DNA of 64,000 nucleotides, from positions 12,451-76,450 of the forward strand of contig CAZLVK010000001.1 in NCBI GenBank assembly GCA_964563025.1. The letters run 5' to 3'. A program made the position numbers and the translations under genes. The stretch comes from an uncultured Bacteroidaceae bacterium (GTDB lineage Bacteria; Bacillota; Clostridia; Christensenellales; CAG-917). The notes under the pieces are model-generated. The model worked only from the letters and a program-made list of their open reading frames with translations, ran no database searches and had not been told where the DNA came from. How positions within the stretch are numbered: position 1 is the first letter of the stretch; every line of letters starts with the position of its first letter. Of this stretch, positions 27,568 to 38,109 are shown piece by piece.

Positions 27568-29097
27568 TCAGTTGACTCCGATTCCGTGGAGTCTGTCGAT
27601 GAGTTTATTGTTTATGGTATAAGTCGAGGACGGGATAATGTCTTCGACGGTGTTCTTATAGGTGTAGAGATATACCTCGTTTTGCAAGACGTTTTCAAAT
27701 CCGCTGAGAATATCGCTGGTGACGTAAGTGAGTCTTTCGTCCTCGAACGTCCATTCGAGATAAGTGGGATATTGCACGCCCGAACTCATAAATCCGATGA
27801 GGAAGAATTGCTCGCGGTTATACTCGTAGCGATAGTCCGCAATACTCTTATCGAGGAGTTTGTCGCGGAGAATTGCGTTGATACCTTGCGCAAGAGCCAT
27901 TTCGGTGGAACCCGAACCGAGAACGTCGGCGGGAAGCAAATTCATCGAGTTTATGCTCTGCCAATTGTATATATCGAGGAAACCGAGTTGAGTATAGGTG
28001 GTGTTTCTACCCGTGGCAATGAGTGCATTGCGCTCCTCTTCTCTGTCGTCGCCGGGCAAATAGTCCTTATACTCGAAACTGAGACTCATACCGGTGAGGT
28101 TTGACATAACGCAGTTCTTCGTGGTGAATTTGGAAAATCCTACATCAACCACCCCGTTGCTTTCCCACGTCCTTGTCGGGACGTAGATGCCGACGCCTGC
28201 CGAGTTGCGGAAAATACAACCCTCGACGAAGTTTTCGCAAGTGAATACTTTGTAGAGTGCGTTACCGTTTTCAAAGATACAATATTCCGCTCTCGTATTT
28301 GAGAGATAAGAATAGACGCCGTCCACATAGTCGCCGTGTCCGTGTCCCGTCGTGCCGAACATAATGCAAGAACCTTGGAGTCCTTCGGTATCGTCTGCGG
28401 TGATGATTTCCTTATCCGAGTCGTTAGCGCGGAAAGTGGCATTGGACACGAAAGAGTCGTTTGCGTTGCAAATCATAAGCGCACCGTGTGTGTTGGTCAG
28501 TTGACCGGGGTCTGCCGAGAGCATAAAGCCGTTGCCGTACAAGCCTTTGGAGTTGGTCAAAATGGGATAGTCGGCGCGAATGCTTTCGTCGTATTTCACG
28601 TCGTCTACGAGGCAAACGTTGAGTTTGTCCTCGGTACCCGCTTTCAAAGTCTCGAAGTCGTTCGCTTCGACGCCGTTTACGACCTTTATATCCACGCTCG
28701 CAGAAGAGAGGTCGGGGTTTGCGAACTTCGGATATTTCGCCGTGACTTTCACGGTGAGAGAGGTTTTCTCGCTAATCTTGTCGCCCGCGAAATAAAGACG
28801 ATTGCCGACGAAGTAGCCCTTGTCGCTGATAGAGCCGTTTTCGAGAAGTTCAAACTTGAACGCTTCGTAAAAACCGCCGAGTTCGGTCTCGGGAGGTATG
28901 GGGCGAATTATCGTGACGTCGATATAGTTTGCGACGAGGTCGCGACCGATGGATATGCCGTCGATTTGAGTACGACTAAGCGTAACCTCTTCGACGCCGA
29001 TATGCATATTCGCGGAAACCACGACGGACACGAGGGACACGACGAGCATAATGATAATCGGTATAATGACTAAGATTCCTATCGTAACTTTTTTCAT
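27568..29097 (-). CDS. TM-anchored beta-helix protein (paralogue 2, 509 aa, no Big_2 units)
   Basis: Same N-terminal anchor (MKKVTIGILVIIPIIIM) and the same roughly 470-aa C-terminal module (KYPKF..., GFLDIYNWQ, STYTINNKLIDRLHG). Confidence 0.75.
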   Translation of the reverse strand: MKKVTIGILVIIPIIIMLVVSLVSVVVSANMHIGVEEVTLSRTQIDGISIGRDLVANYIDVTIIRPIPPETELGGFYEAFKFELLENGSISDKGYFVGNRLYFAGDKISEKTSLTVKVTAKYPKFANPDLSSASVDIKVVNGVEANDFETLKAGTEDKLNVCLVDDVKYDESIRADYPILTNSKGLYGNGFMLSADPGQLTNTHGALMICNANDSFVSNATFRANDSDKEIITADDTEGLQGSCIMFGTTGHGHGDYVDGVYSYLSNTRAEYCIFENGNALYKVFTCENFVEGCIFRNSAGVGIYVPTRTWESNGVVDVGFSKFTTKNCVMSNLTGMSLSFEYKDYLPGDDREEERNALIATGRNTTYTQLGFLDIYNWQSINSMNLLPADVLGSGSTEMALAQGINAILRDKLLDKSIADYRYEYNREQFFLIGFMSSGVQYPTYLEWTFEDERLTYVTSDILSGFENVLQNEVYLYTYKNTVEDIIPSSTYTINNKLIDRLHGIGVN

Positions 29098-29157
29098 ATA
29101 TCTCCGTTTGACGCACGGACTGAAGGTTAATTCAATCCGCAGTCGTTGCTAACCAAA

Positions 29158-31893
29158 TTAGATGAAGGAGTAAGGTATGCTTTCGTTGTACTCTACACCC
29201 ACACCGTGAAGTCTGTTGATAAGTTTTCTGTTTATCGTATACGTAGACGAGGGAGTTATGTCCTCGGTCTCGTTGTCGTAGACGAAGAAGTAGCAAGTGT
29301 TCTTGACGAGATTTCCTATACCGCTGACCATATCGCTCGTGAAAACGGTGAGACGGGTGTCTTGCATTACGCCCGACAAGCAGGACTTATCGAGCATACC
29401 CGTACTCATAAAGCCGAGGTGGAAATATTCCTCACGGTTATAAGAGTAACGGAAACTGTCGAGGGACTTATCCGTAATCTTTTCACGGAGCAATGCGTTG
29501 ACCATTTGCGCAATCGCGATTTCGGCATCGCTCGTGCCTATTGCGGTATCCGGCAAAAATCTCATCGTGCTGACGCTTTGCCAGTTGTATATATCGAGGA
29601 AGCCGAGTTGATTGAACGTGGTAACTCTGCCCTCTTCAATCATCTGGTCTCTATACTCGTCGCCGAGACTGCTATATTTGTTGAAGTCGAGATTGATGCC
29701 GAGACCGGTGAGGTTTGACATAACGCTGTTCTTTATCGTGAGAGTTGTATACATCACGTTGTTTTCTTTTAGTGTCCAGCAACGAGTGTAAATACCTACA
29801 CCCGAAGAGTTGCGGAAGATACAACCGTCGATATAGCACTCGCACGTGAGCGGTTTATAAAGCACGTCCGCATTCTCGAAAATGCAATATTCGGCTTTGT
29901 TTCCTCTCACGAACGTATCGTTTCCTTTACTGTCGCGGTCACCCGCATACAACGCGCCCGCCATAACACAAACGCCTTTGAGTCCGTCGGTATCTTCGGT
30001 GGATATGACGTCTTTGGTGGTGTTGTTTCCTCTAAACCAGCCGTTGGAAATCGTCACGTCGTCGCCCTTGACGTAGAGAAGCGCACTCATATTGTTGTCG
30101 AGTTGTCCCGGTTCTGCGGAATACATATATCCGTTGCCGTAATAACTCTTATACATATGGAGTTGGCTTGCGGTCTTGCCTTCGTATACGCACTTCGTGG
30201 TGTCGCCGTCGAAAGTTCCGACAGCAACGTCGTATAGCGTGATGCTGTTCACGAGAACGGCATTGTATTGTTTTGCGTCCGCCGTCTTTCTGAGAGCGGA
30301 ATAACTGTCGATTGCAACGCCGTCTACAACTTTGATTTCAACTGAGTCCGTGGTGAGCAGACTGTCTTTGAATTTCGGATACTTGGCGGTCACTTTCACG
30401 GTGAGAGTGGTCTTTTCGGTCACTTTTTCGTGGTCGAAGTAAAGACGATTGCCGACGAAGTAGCCCTTGTCGCTGGCTTCACCGTTTTCGAGAAGTTCAA
30501 ACGTGAACGCCTCGTAGAACGCTTGCTTGTCTGCGGTCGGTTCGGGGAACACGATTTCAACGTCGATATAGTTTGCCTCGACGTCCGTGTTCACGGATAT
30601 ATCCTTATAACGCAAAGTCGGAATGACGTATTCGAGTGCAAGTCCCGCGTCCGAATATTCGGTCTTGGTCCTGTCGATGATTACGCTGACCACCTTGCTT
30701 CTGACCATCACTTCGATTTCGTCACTGTATTCGCCCGCCGTCACGGTTACGGTAACTATACCGTCCGCTTTGCCGACGAGTACGCCGTTTCCGTCTATCG
30801 TTGCCACCCTCTCGTCGCCGACCGTCCAAGTTGCCGAAATTTCGTCCGTCTTGAACGCGCTCTTCCAGCCGACTTCGAAGTTGAGTGCGTCTCCTACCGC
30901 AAGGATATAATCCTCGTTCTCGTTGTAGGCGAAGATACTCTTGTTCTTGATTTCGATGCCGTCCGAGACGAAGAGTGTGCAAACGCCGTTTACGGTCTCG
31001 AAATTCGCCTCTTCTTTGTCGTCGGCAATTACGAGTTTTTCTCCGTCAACGGTGCAGTTGACCGTGTTTATAATATCCGTCGCCTCGACTCCGAGTGCAG
31101 AGAGGGATATTCTTCTCGTATGAGTGACCACGTCCGCGCCGAGGAGAGTAACGTTTTTCTCGACGGTGAAGTCAAAGTCCGCACTGTCGATATATTCCGC
31201 GTCCGAAACGTACACTCTTGCTTTGACCACCGCATTTCCCGCTTTCACGCCGTGCGCTACGCCGTTCGAGTCGACGGTGAGAACGCTTTCGTCGGAAGAC
31301 AGCCATTCGACTTTCGTCGTGGTAGCGTTGACGGGAGTGAGATATACGTCGAGCAAAGTGCTTTCGCTCTCGAGGAGTCTGTTCTCCCCTACCACTTCTA
31401 CCGATTTCAGTTCGTCGTCCGCGACCTGCACGGTGCAACTTGCCTGGACGGTCTCCGCCGATCCCTTTATCACGAACGTGCAACTCGTATTGACTTTGAA
31501 ACGTCCGCTCGTGTTTTCATCCACGGCGTTGCCGTAAGAGTCCACGAGGGTGACGGGAGGGAGCACCTCTTTGACGTTTTGGTCTTCGTCTTTGTTGTTG
31601 ATATAGTATTCGTACTCTTCCTGATAGGCGGTGTCGAAACAGCGAATACTGTTTTCGTCAATAGTCCAAGTACAAGTCTTGTCCGACGCCTTTTCGGGAA
31701 GAATGGTGACTTTCACGTAATCGTTTACGTCGTAAATTTCTCCGGTGAATGCGATTGCGACTTTGTTCTTGTCGAACGAAATCTCCTCTACGCCTATGTG
31801 CGCCCTCGTGGAAACCACTACGGACACTGCGGAGACGACGGCAAGGATAATCACGGGAATTATCACCAATATGCCGATCATTATTTTTTTCAT
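29158..31893 (-). CDS. TM-anchored surface protein, Big_2 repeats plus beta-helix module (paralogue 3, 911 aa)
   Basis: Anchor MKKIMIGILVIIPVIIL. Big_2-like units (VEWLSSDESVLTVDSNGVAHGVKAG and ATWTVGDERVATIDGNGVLVGKADG). Shared C-terminal module ending STYTINRKLINRLHG. Confidence 0.75.
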   Translation of the reverse strand: MKKIMIGILVIIPVIILAVVSAVSVVVSTRAHIGVEEISFDKNKVAIAFTGEIYDVNDYVKVTILPEKASDKTCTWTIDENSIRCFDTAYQEEYEYYINNKDEDQNVKEVLPPVTLVDSYGNAVDENTSGRFKVNTSCTFVIKGSAETVQASCTVQVADDELKSVEVVGENRLLESESTLLDVYLTPVNATTTKVEWLSSDESVLTVDSNGVAHGVKAGNAVVKARVYVSDAEYIDSADFDFTVEKNVTLLGADVVTHTRRISLSALGVEATDIINTVNCTVDGEKLVIADDKEEANFETVNGVCTLFVSDGIEIKNKSIFAYNENEDYILAVGDALNFEVGWKSAFKTDEISATWTVGDERVATIDGNGVLVGKADGIVTVTVTAGEYSDEIEVMVRSKVVSVIIDRTKTEYSDAGLALEYVIPTLRYKDISVNTDVEANYIDVEIVFPEPTADKQAFYEAFTFELLENGEASDKGYFVGNRLYFDHEKVTEKTTLTVKVTAKYPKFKDSLLTTDSVEIKVVDGVAIDSYSALRKTADAKQYNAVLVNSITLYDVAVGTFDGDTTKCVYEGKTASQLHMYKSYYGNGYMYSAEPGQLDNNMSALLYVKGDDVTISNGWFRGNNTTKDVISTEDTDGLKGVCVMAGALYAGDRDSKGNDTFVRGNKAEYCIFENADVLYKPLTCECYIDGCIFRNSSGVGIYTRCWTLKENNVMYTTLTIKNSVMSNLTGLGINLDFNKYSSLGDEYRDQMIEEGRVTTFNQLGFLDIYNWQSVSTMRFLPDTAIGTSDAEIAIAQMVNALLREKITDKSLDSFRYSYNREEYFHLGFMSTGMLDKSCLSGVMQDTRLTVFTSDMVSGIGNLVKNTCYFFVYDNETEDITPSSTYTINRKLINRLHGVGVEYNESIPYSFI

Positions 31894-31906
31894 TACGGTT
31901 CTCCGA

Positions 31907-33613
31907 TTAAGGCACTATCTTGAGATAGCGTTTTTCGAGATTGACGAAGAGCAAACATACGCTTGCAATCAATACCGCTCCCGATACGCCGGCGAGTATG
32001 CCGTAAACCATGGGGCGCGTCATCACGAAATTGGAGTCACCTATCGAAAATCCGAAACTGAAAATCATCGCAAACACGCCGTACAACACAGCGGTGATGA
32101 TACCCGTGAAGAGTGCGAGAGCGACGTTCTTGTTTGCGCTGACAAGTTCGCCGTCACCCGACACGTTGAACGTCGGAGACTTGATGTCCGCCCACATGGA
32201 CAGACACGTCTGCGCAAGCACGACCATTTCGGAAATGCCGAAGATTGCCCCCGTATCCGTAGGAGTCAGAACGTTCCCCCACTCGTCCGAGCCGAACGTC
32301 AACCCGACAATAAGACAACTGAGCGCCACCGAAAGAGTGCCGACAATTGAGTACAGGAAAAGTTTGACCAGAATTTGAGTGGTGTAACTGACGGGGATAA
32401 CCTTGGTGTGATAGAACACGTTGCCTTCCCTCGAAATCGTCGTCGAGGCGAAGGATACGATTATGGTGACGAAGATGATGATAACGAGCAAGGTGAGTCC
32501 GGGGACTATTGTCGCGCCGACGCTCTTCTTGCCCATAGACGCCGCGAGTTCGTTGCAGTAGTAGACCATAACGGGAGCCGCGCACGCCATCGCAAGATAT
32601 TGGAAACTGTAGTTGAAACTTCTGAAAATGAGGAAGAACTCTCTGTGGAAGAGCGTCGCGAATACCGAACGCTTTTTGTTCTTCTGATTTTTCTTTTGGA
32701 AGGTAACCTTCTCGGTCTCGATACCCTTCAAAATCGTGCCGTAGTAGAACTTCGTGGTGACGAAGTACGCACCCACGCCGAGAACGACGTTGATGAGGAA
32801 TATCCAAAGGAAGGAAAGTCCCAAATCTTTCGCCGTAAGTCCGCCCGCGACTTTGCCGTTGAGCACGTACGCATACCAGTTGAAAGGATAGGCGTGCGTC
32901 GCAAAGTTCGTGAGTTTCGCTTGTATCACGGGGTCGGTGAAAAGGCTTGCGTTGTTGTCCGAAAGATAGGTGAGGACGCTCGACAACGCTTCCATATAAA
33001 GCACGAAACATCCGCATATCACGAGGATGATGAAGATGAGTATGAGCAAGAATTGGTTCTTTATCGCATTCACGAACTTCATGACGGGGATTGCGACGAG
33101 GTTTGCGATGAAGAACGGGAACATAGTCGAGAAAATTATCATGCCGATGGCGGCAAAATAATAACCGACCGCCGCGTCCGTAACCACGCCGAATACCACG
33201 TAAAACGGAAGGGTGAACAGCACGCATACCACGAAGTTGTGAAGTGCGCAATAAATGGATTTTGCAAGAAGAATTTCCGCGCCGTTGACGGGGAAACGCA
33301 GTAGCAGTTCGTTGTCGCCGTTCATATACAGGTTTTTGACGACGGTGCTGATTGCGACTATCGTTTCGATGCCCATGGTGAGCAAGGTGATAAGCACGAG
33401 AAACTCTATTCTGAGTCCCGAACGCACGACGAACATTCTCGTGAGGAAGTAGATGCCGACGACGAGAAGCGCATAGACGACGAGAGCAAAAAGCACGTTG
33501 ACGGCTTTCATTCCCTTGTCTTTGGCGGTCATCTCGGTGCTCGTTCCGTAACGAGAACGAAGGTCGAGGCGGAACAGCGTCTTAACGCTTTGCCAAGAAA
33601 TGGATTGTTTCAT
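31907..33613 (-). CDS. large multi-pass permease (putative ABC exporter membrane component)
   Basis: 568 aa with at least 10 predicted TM segments. Its start overlaps the stop of the ABC ATPase gene. Confidence 0.7.
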   Translation of the reverse strand: MKQSISWQSVKTLFRLDLRSRYGTSTEMTAKDKGMKAVNVLFALVVYALLVVGIYFLTRMFVVRSGLRIEFLVLITLLTMGIETIVAISTVVKNLYMNGDNELLLRFPVNGAEILLAKSIYCALHNFVVCVLFTLPFYVVFGVVTDAAVGYYFAAIGMIIFSTMFPFFIANLVAIPVMKFVNAIKNQFLLILIFIILVICGCFVLYMEALSSVLTYLSDNNASLFTDPVIQAKLTNFATHAYPFNWYAYVLNGKVAGGLTAKDLGLSFLWIFLINVVLGVGAYFVTTKFYYGTILKGIETEKVTFQKKNQKNKKRSVFATLFHREFFLIFRSFNYSFQYLAMACAAPVMVYYCNELAASMGKKSVGATIVPGLTLLVIIIFVTIIVSFASTTISREGNVFYHTKVIPVSYTTQILVKLFLYSIVGTLSVALSCLIVGLTFGSDEWGNVLTPTDTGAIFGISEMVVLAQTCLSMWADIKSPTFNVSGDGELVSANKNVALALFTGIITAVLYGVFAMIFSFGFSIGDSNFVMTRPMVYGILAGVSGAVLIASVCLLFVNLEKRYLKIVP

Positions 33614-34434
33614 CAGTCCTTATCCTCCGTTTCTACGGTGTCGTTATCCTCGACGGGCATATCGGGGCGCATATCCGCGCTTTCTTGTGCGGCGTAGTCT
33701 TCAAACAAACGTTTTTCGTAAGTGCCGGTGATCTTGAAGAATCTTTCTTCGAGGTTCGCCTTGTTTTGTTCGTTGTTCTTGAGGTCGAACATATCGATGA
33801 GTTTGCCTTCGTTGATGACGGCTACTCTGTCGCAGAGTTTCTTGACGAGGTCAAGGTTGTGCGAACTGAAAAATACGGTATTGCCCTTTGCGCAGTGTTC
33901 GCGCATATGTGCGATGATTTCCGCCGTGGATTGAGGGTCCAAGCCCATCATAGGCTCGTCGAGAACCCAAAGTTTAGGTTCGTGAATAAGCGCCGCTATG
34001 ATACAAATCTTTTGTTTCATACCGTGGGAATACGCCTTGATTTGTCTGTCCGCCGCGTAACGGAGTTTGAAGAGGTCGATATAACGCTCGAATCTTTCCG
34101 TTCTGTCCGCAAGGGAGACTTTGTATAGGTCCGCGACGTAATCAACGTATTCTCTGCCCGTGAGTTTCTCGTAGACGGAGTGGTTGTCGGGGACGTAACC
34201 CATATTCATCTTTGCGCCGATAGGATCCTTCGCGATGTCGTGACCGCAGATTTCGATACTGCCTCCGTCGAAAGGAAGTATGCCGGTGAGGCATTTGATT
34301 GTGGTAGACTTACCCGCACCGTTTTGTCCGAGGAAGCCGAATATTTCACCGGGTTGAAGTTCGATACTTATATCGTCGACGGCAAGCCTGTCGCTTTTGG
34401 GATATTTCTTTGTCAAATGTTCAATTTTTAGCAT
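33613..34434 (-). CDS. ABC transporter ATP-binding protein
   Basis: Walker A GQNGAGKST, signature-like SHGMKQK, Walker B LWVLDEP. The start was set at ATG 34434 behind AGGAGA. Confidence 0.9.
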   Translation of the reverse strand: MLKIEHLTKKYPKSDRLAVDDISIELQPGEIFGFLGQNGAGKSTTIKCLTGILPFDGGSIEICGHDIAKDPIGAKMNMGYVPDNHSVYEKLTGREYVDYVADLYKVSLADRTERFERYIDLFKLRYAADRQIKAYSHGMKQKICIIAALIHEPKLWVLDEPMMGLDPQSTAEIIAHMREHCAKGNTVFFSSHNLDLVKKLCDRVAVINEGKLIDMFDLKNNEQNKANLEERFFKITGTYEKRLFEDYAAQESADMRPDMPVEDNDTVETEDKD

Positions 34435-34501
34435 AACGTTTTTCTCCTGAATAATTATTGTTGCGACGATGGTCGCGAAAACGGGTAATCCCCCCGAACC
34501 G

Positions 34502-34936
34502 TCACTGCAGCAGCACCGACGATACTTTAAGTTCAAACGATGACGAGGACGATTTCTTCCCTTTGACAAAATTCGACGTTTTTCCCTCGTCGAAAACGAG
34601 TCCCTTCAAGGAACGCTTCCCGAGAGAAAGAACGTATCTGAATTCGTCCATCGAGAAAAGGAAAAGTCCGAAAACCGCAGAGACGCCGACGAATTTCAGC
34701 GACAATACGGCGTAAAACGCAGAACGGGACGCAAGCACGTATAACGCTTGCCATACGATTCCCGTCAAAAATGTTGTCGCAAACGCTATCGCAAAAAGAG
34801 CGGACACCGCGCGACGAAGTCCCGTCGGCAAACTCCTCACGACCAAACCAAGCACGAACAAAAGCGCAAGCACGACTATCGTGCCGGCTACTCCGAGGAT
34901 TGCGTTGGTTAAGTTCAAAATCACGTTTACGTTCAT
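34502..34936 (-). CDS. small membrane protein (144 aa)
   Basis: Three to four hydrophobic helices and a basic, Ser-rich tail. First gene of the co-directional ABC cluster. Confidence 0.55.
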   Translation of the reverse strand: MNVNVILNLTNAILGVAGTIVVLALLFVLGLVVRSLPTGLRRAVSALFAIAFATTFLTGIVWQALYVLASRSAFYAVLSLKFVGVSAVFGLFLFSMDEFRYVLSLGKRSLKGLVFDEGKTSNFVKGKKSSSSSFELKVSSVLLQ

Positions 34937-35208
34937 ATTTGCTTCTCCGATAGCACCTCACACGCGTGCGTGTAAAATACAATATCTTGTACCATTTTAC
35001 CACGAAGACACCAACGTGTCAACGCTATTGATATATTTTAGTCTCTGTACTCGCATATAACAATATACCGCGTGACACGCAAGATATGGGTTTTATTTAC
35101 TTTTATCCGCAACAAGTGCAGTACGCTTGACTATTTTTCCAAGAAAGAGTATAACGGATTTCTAAAAGATTGATTAAAAAACTGCGTCGCGCGACGTATA
35201 GGCAATAT

Positions 35209-36486
35209 ATGGAATACGAAATACTTCTCCCCCTTGCGATGATACTTCTCCTCTCGAAGTTGTTGTCGATGGGTTGCAAAAAAATCGGGCTCCCCACCGT
35301 CATCGGTATGCTTGTTGCAGGCATACTTATCGGTCTTATCAAACTCATTCCCGGACAAAAAATTCTGACTTCGTTCACCCTCGAAGGACTTTCCTTCCTC
35401 GCAAAAATCGGCGTCATTTTGATTATGTTCTCGGCGGGCATAGAAACAGACCTCAAACAATTCAAGTCCACGGGTATACCCTCGGTGGTCATCACCTCTC
35501 TCGGCGTAATCTTCCCCCTCGGTTTCGGATTCATCGTAGCCTGTCTCTTCAACGGCGGTTTTTCAAATCTCGACACGCACACGATTCTCAGCAATATGTT
35601 CTACGGTACAATCCTCGCCGCGACCTCGGTGAGCATAACCGTAGCCGCCCTCAAAGAACTCGGCAAACTCAACACGAAAGTCGGCACCTCTATCGTGTCG
35701 GCGGCAATCCTCGACGACATAATCGGCGTCATACTTCTCTCCCTTTTCATCAGCCTCGAAAACAGCGGTTCGGCGGGTGAAATCGGCAAGACGATAGGCA
35801 TGATGATAGCATTCTTTGCGGCGGCTATCGCGGTCGGTATCGTCCTCGATACGATGCTCAAATGGGTGTCCAGAAAATACCCGCACACAAGAAGAATACC
35901 CATCTTCTGTTTCGCCATGTGTTTCTTCTACGCATGGGCGGCAGAACACTGGTTCGGAGTGGCGGACATCACGGGTGCGTACGTTGCGGGACTTATTCTT
36001 TCCAACATCGGAGAGAAGCATTACGTGGACCAAAAAATCGAAACGAGCAACTACTTGATTTTCGCTCCCGTTTTCTTCGCAAATATCGGAATCCAGACTT
36101 CATTCGGCGGAATTGACGGCAGAATGGTCGGTTTTGGTTTTGCGTTCATCTTGGCGGGCATTCTCGGCAAGGTTGTCGGATGCGGGCTCGGCGCGCTAAT
36201 TTGCAAGTACTCCGTCAAGGATTCTTTGCGTGTAGGCGTCGGTATGATGGTGCGTGCGGAGGTCGTCCTCGTATGCGCTCAAAAGGGCGTTTCGGCGGGT
36301 ATGGTCAGTGCGGATATTATGCCATTCATCATCATTTTGATTATCCTCACGTCCCTGCTCACCCCCATATTTTTGAAAGCATCTTACAAGGGTGACGGCA
36401 CCCTTCCTCCCACTACGCTGAACCCCGTTCTTGCGACTCCCGACGGCAATGCGGAGGCTCCCGAAACACCACTGAACAACGACTGA
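35209..36486 (+). CDS. cation:proton antiporter (CPA2 family)
   Basis: MEYEILLPLAMILLLSKLLSMGCKKIGLPTVIGMLVAGILIG is a typical Na+/H+ exchanger N-terminus. 12-13 TM segments. TTG 35170 is an alternative start. Confidence 0.85.
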   Translation: MEYEILLPLAMILLLSKLLSMGCKKIGLPTVIGMLVAGILIGLIKLIPGQKILTSFTLEGLSFLAKIGVILIMFSAGIETDLKQFKSTGIPSVVITSLGVIFPLGFGFIVACLFNGGFSNLDTHTILSNMFYGTILAATSVSITVAALKELGKLNTKVGTSIVSAAILDDIIGVILLSLFISLENSGSAGEIGKTIGMMIAFFAAAIAVGIVLDTMLKWVSRKYPHTRRIPIFCFAMCFFYAWAAEHWFGVADITGAYVAGLILSNIGEKHYVDQKIETSNYLIFAPVFFANIGIQTSFGGIDGRMVGFGFAFILAGILGKVVGCGLGALICKYSVKDSLRVGVGMMVRAEVVLVCAQKGVSAGMVSADIMPFIIILIILTSLLTPIFLKASYKGDGTLPPTTLNPVLATPDGNAEAPETPLNND

Positions 36487-36508
36487 AAAACCTTTACTTA
36501 GGATAAAT

Positions 36509-37966
36509 ATGACTCAAGATTTACAATCGACGAAACTCGGAAAAGAACCTATCGGAAAACTCATTTTGCACATGAGCGGTCCTTCTATATTGTCCATGCT
36601 CGTTCAGGCGCTGTATAACGTTGTAGACAGCATTTTCGTGGGTATGTACGATGCGACGAACGGAGTGCTCGCACTCTCTTACGCCATGCCTATGCAACTC
36701 CTCGTCAACGCATTCGCAATCGGATTTGCAGTCGGTTGCGGTTCGGTTATATCTCGAAAACTCGGCGAGGGCAAAAACGTAGACGCAAGCGCCGCCGCGC
36801 AAACCGGACTTCTCCTCTCCCTCCTCTGCGGACTTACCTTTTTGGTGATAGGCTACTTCGTAGCGAACGGCTTCATTTCCGCCTATACGACGGGTGCCGC
36901 CGCCAAACTCGATGGTGGTGCGGATTGGGCGAAAGTTCAAGAAATGGGCACTACCTATCTCACCATATGTATTTGCTGTTCGATAGGCGTTATGGTGGAA
37001 ACCATGCTCAACCGCATACTACAAGCGATGGGCAACATGATAATACCTATGATTGCGCAATTGACGGGTGCGATAACGAATATCATCCTCGATCCGATTT
37101 TCATCCTTGCGGGTAATATGGGCGCGGTCGGCGCGGCTATCGCCACCGTTACGGGACAAATTGCGTCTATGTTCGTCCCCCTCATCGTCCTCACGAAAAA
37201 GCACTTCGACATACAAATCTTCTTCAAAAAAGGTTTCAGAGTGCAAAAGGCAATCGTCCTCGAAATCATCAAAGTCGGGCTTCCGTCCGTCGTGCTCAAC
37301 GCAATCGGCTCGATTATGTATATGATTTCAAACGTCATCCTCAACGGCTTCAAAGACGCTGTCTGGGCGTTCGGAATCTACTTCAAAGTGCAATCTTTCG
37401 TGTTCATGCCCGTGTTCGGACTGAACCAAGGTTGTATGCCTATCATGGGCTACAATTACGGTGCAAACAACCGCAAACGTTTCGACAAAACTTTCTTCAC
37501 CTCTATGCTTATAGCCTTTGGCTATATGACTCTCGGGTTGATTGTTTTCCACTCCATGCCACAATATATTCTTGCGCTCTTCTCTCCCGACACGGCAAAC
37601 AAGGTTGCGGTCGGCTCCGAAGCACTCCGACTTTGCTCTATCGCATTCGTTTCGGCAGGCGTTTCGGTCATCATGATTGCTATGTTCAACGCGATTGGAC
37701 AAGGAGTGAAAGCGATGCTTATATCCCTTCTCCGCCAAATCGGCATACTTGTCCCCCTCGGTTACGTATTGTCCAACTACACCGACCTCGGACTTACCGG
37801 ATTTTGGGTCGCGTTCCCCGTTGCAGAGTTCGTGACGACGGCAATATTCTTCCCGATTGCCCTTGCTACGATAAAGAAAATCTTCAAGAAAAAAGACGAA
37901 GAGCAAGCCTTGCGCATGGAAGAAAACCTTGCGCTCAATCCCCCCGAGCCCGACTTCGCCGAATAA
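36509..37966 (+). CDS. MATE family efflux transporter
   Basis: 12-TM protein with a MATE N-terminal signature (GKEPIGKLILHMSGPSILSMLVQALYNVVDSIFVG). Confidence 0.9.
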   Translation: MTQDLQSTKLGKEPIGKLILHMSGPSILSMLVQALYNVVDSIFVGMYDATNGVLALSYAMPMQLLVNAFAIGFAVGCGSVISRKLGEGKNVDASAAAQTGLLLSLLCGLTFLVIGYFVANGFISAYTTGAAAKLDGGADWAKVQEMGTTYLTICICCSIGVMVETMLNRILQAMGNMIIPMIAQLTGAITNIILDPIFILAGNMGAVGAAIATVTGQIASMFVPLIVLTKKHFDIQIFFKKGFRVQKAIVLEIIKVGLPSVVLNAIGSIMYMISNVILNGFKDAVWAFGIYFKVQSFVFMPVFGLNQGCMPIMGYNYGANNRKRFDKTFFTSMLIAFGYMTLGLIVFHSMPQYILALFSPDTANKVAVGSEALRLCSIAFVSAGVSVIMIAMFNAIGQGVKAMLISLLRQIGILVPLGYVLSNYTDLGLTGFWVAFPVAEFVTTAIFFPIALATIKKIFKKKDEEQALRMEENLALNPPEPDFAE

Positions 37967-37994
37967 TCTTTTTCAAAATACGGCTTACAACCTC

Positions 37995-38030
37995 AAAATC
38001 CGATGAAATCCTCGTCGGATTTTATTTTAC
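37995..38030 (+). terminator. terminator of the MATE gene (left boundary hairpin of the islet)
   Basis: AAAATCCGATGA-aatcc-TCGTCGGATTTTATTTT. The stem is nearly identical to the hairpin at 39174..39210. Confidence 0.8.
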
Positions 38031-38109
38031 TATTTGCCTCATATTGCTTGTCATAAAAACTTGCTTTTTCGCTTTCCCATAGGTTAAATTCTTCGCAAGG
38101 AGGTCTAAT

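Noticed and set aside
24884-31893. The paralogue array as a diversity-generating retroelement target or a phase-variable shufflon
   Set aside because: No reverse transcriptase is present. There are no template/variable repeat pairs with A-specific mismatches. No long identical DNA segments link the paralogues, and no nearby recombinase is present.
34960-34973. ACAC-N6-GTGT palindrome (ACACgcgtgcGTGT) upstream of the ABC cluster, as a fourth site of the pgk-region motif
   Set aside because: The spacer is 6 nt rather than 5, the flanks differ, and it is a single occurrence. That is insufficient to link it to the motif.
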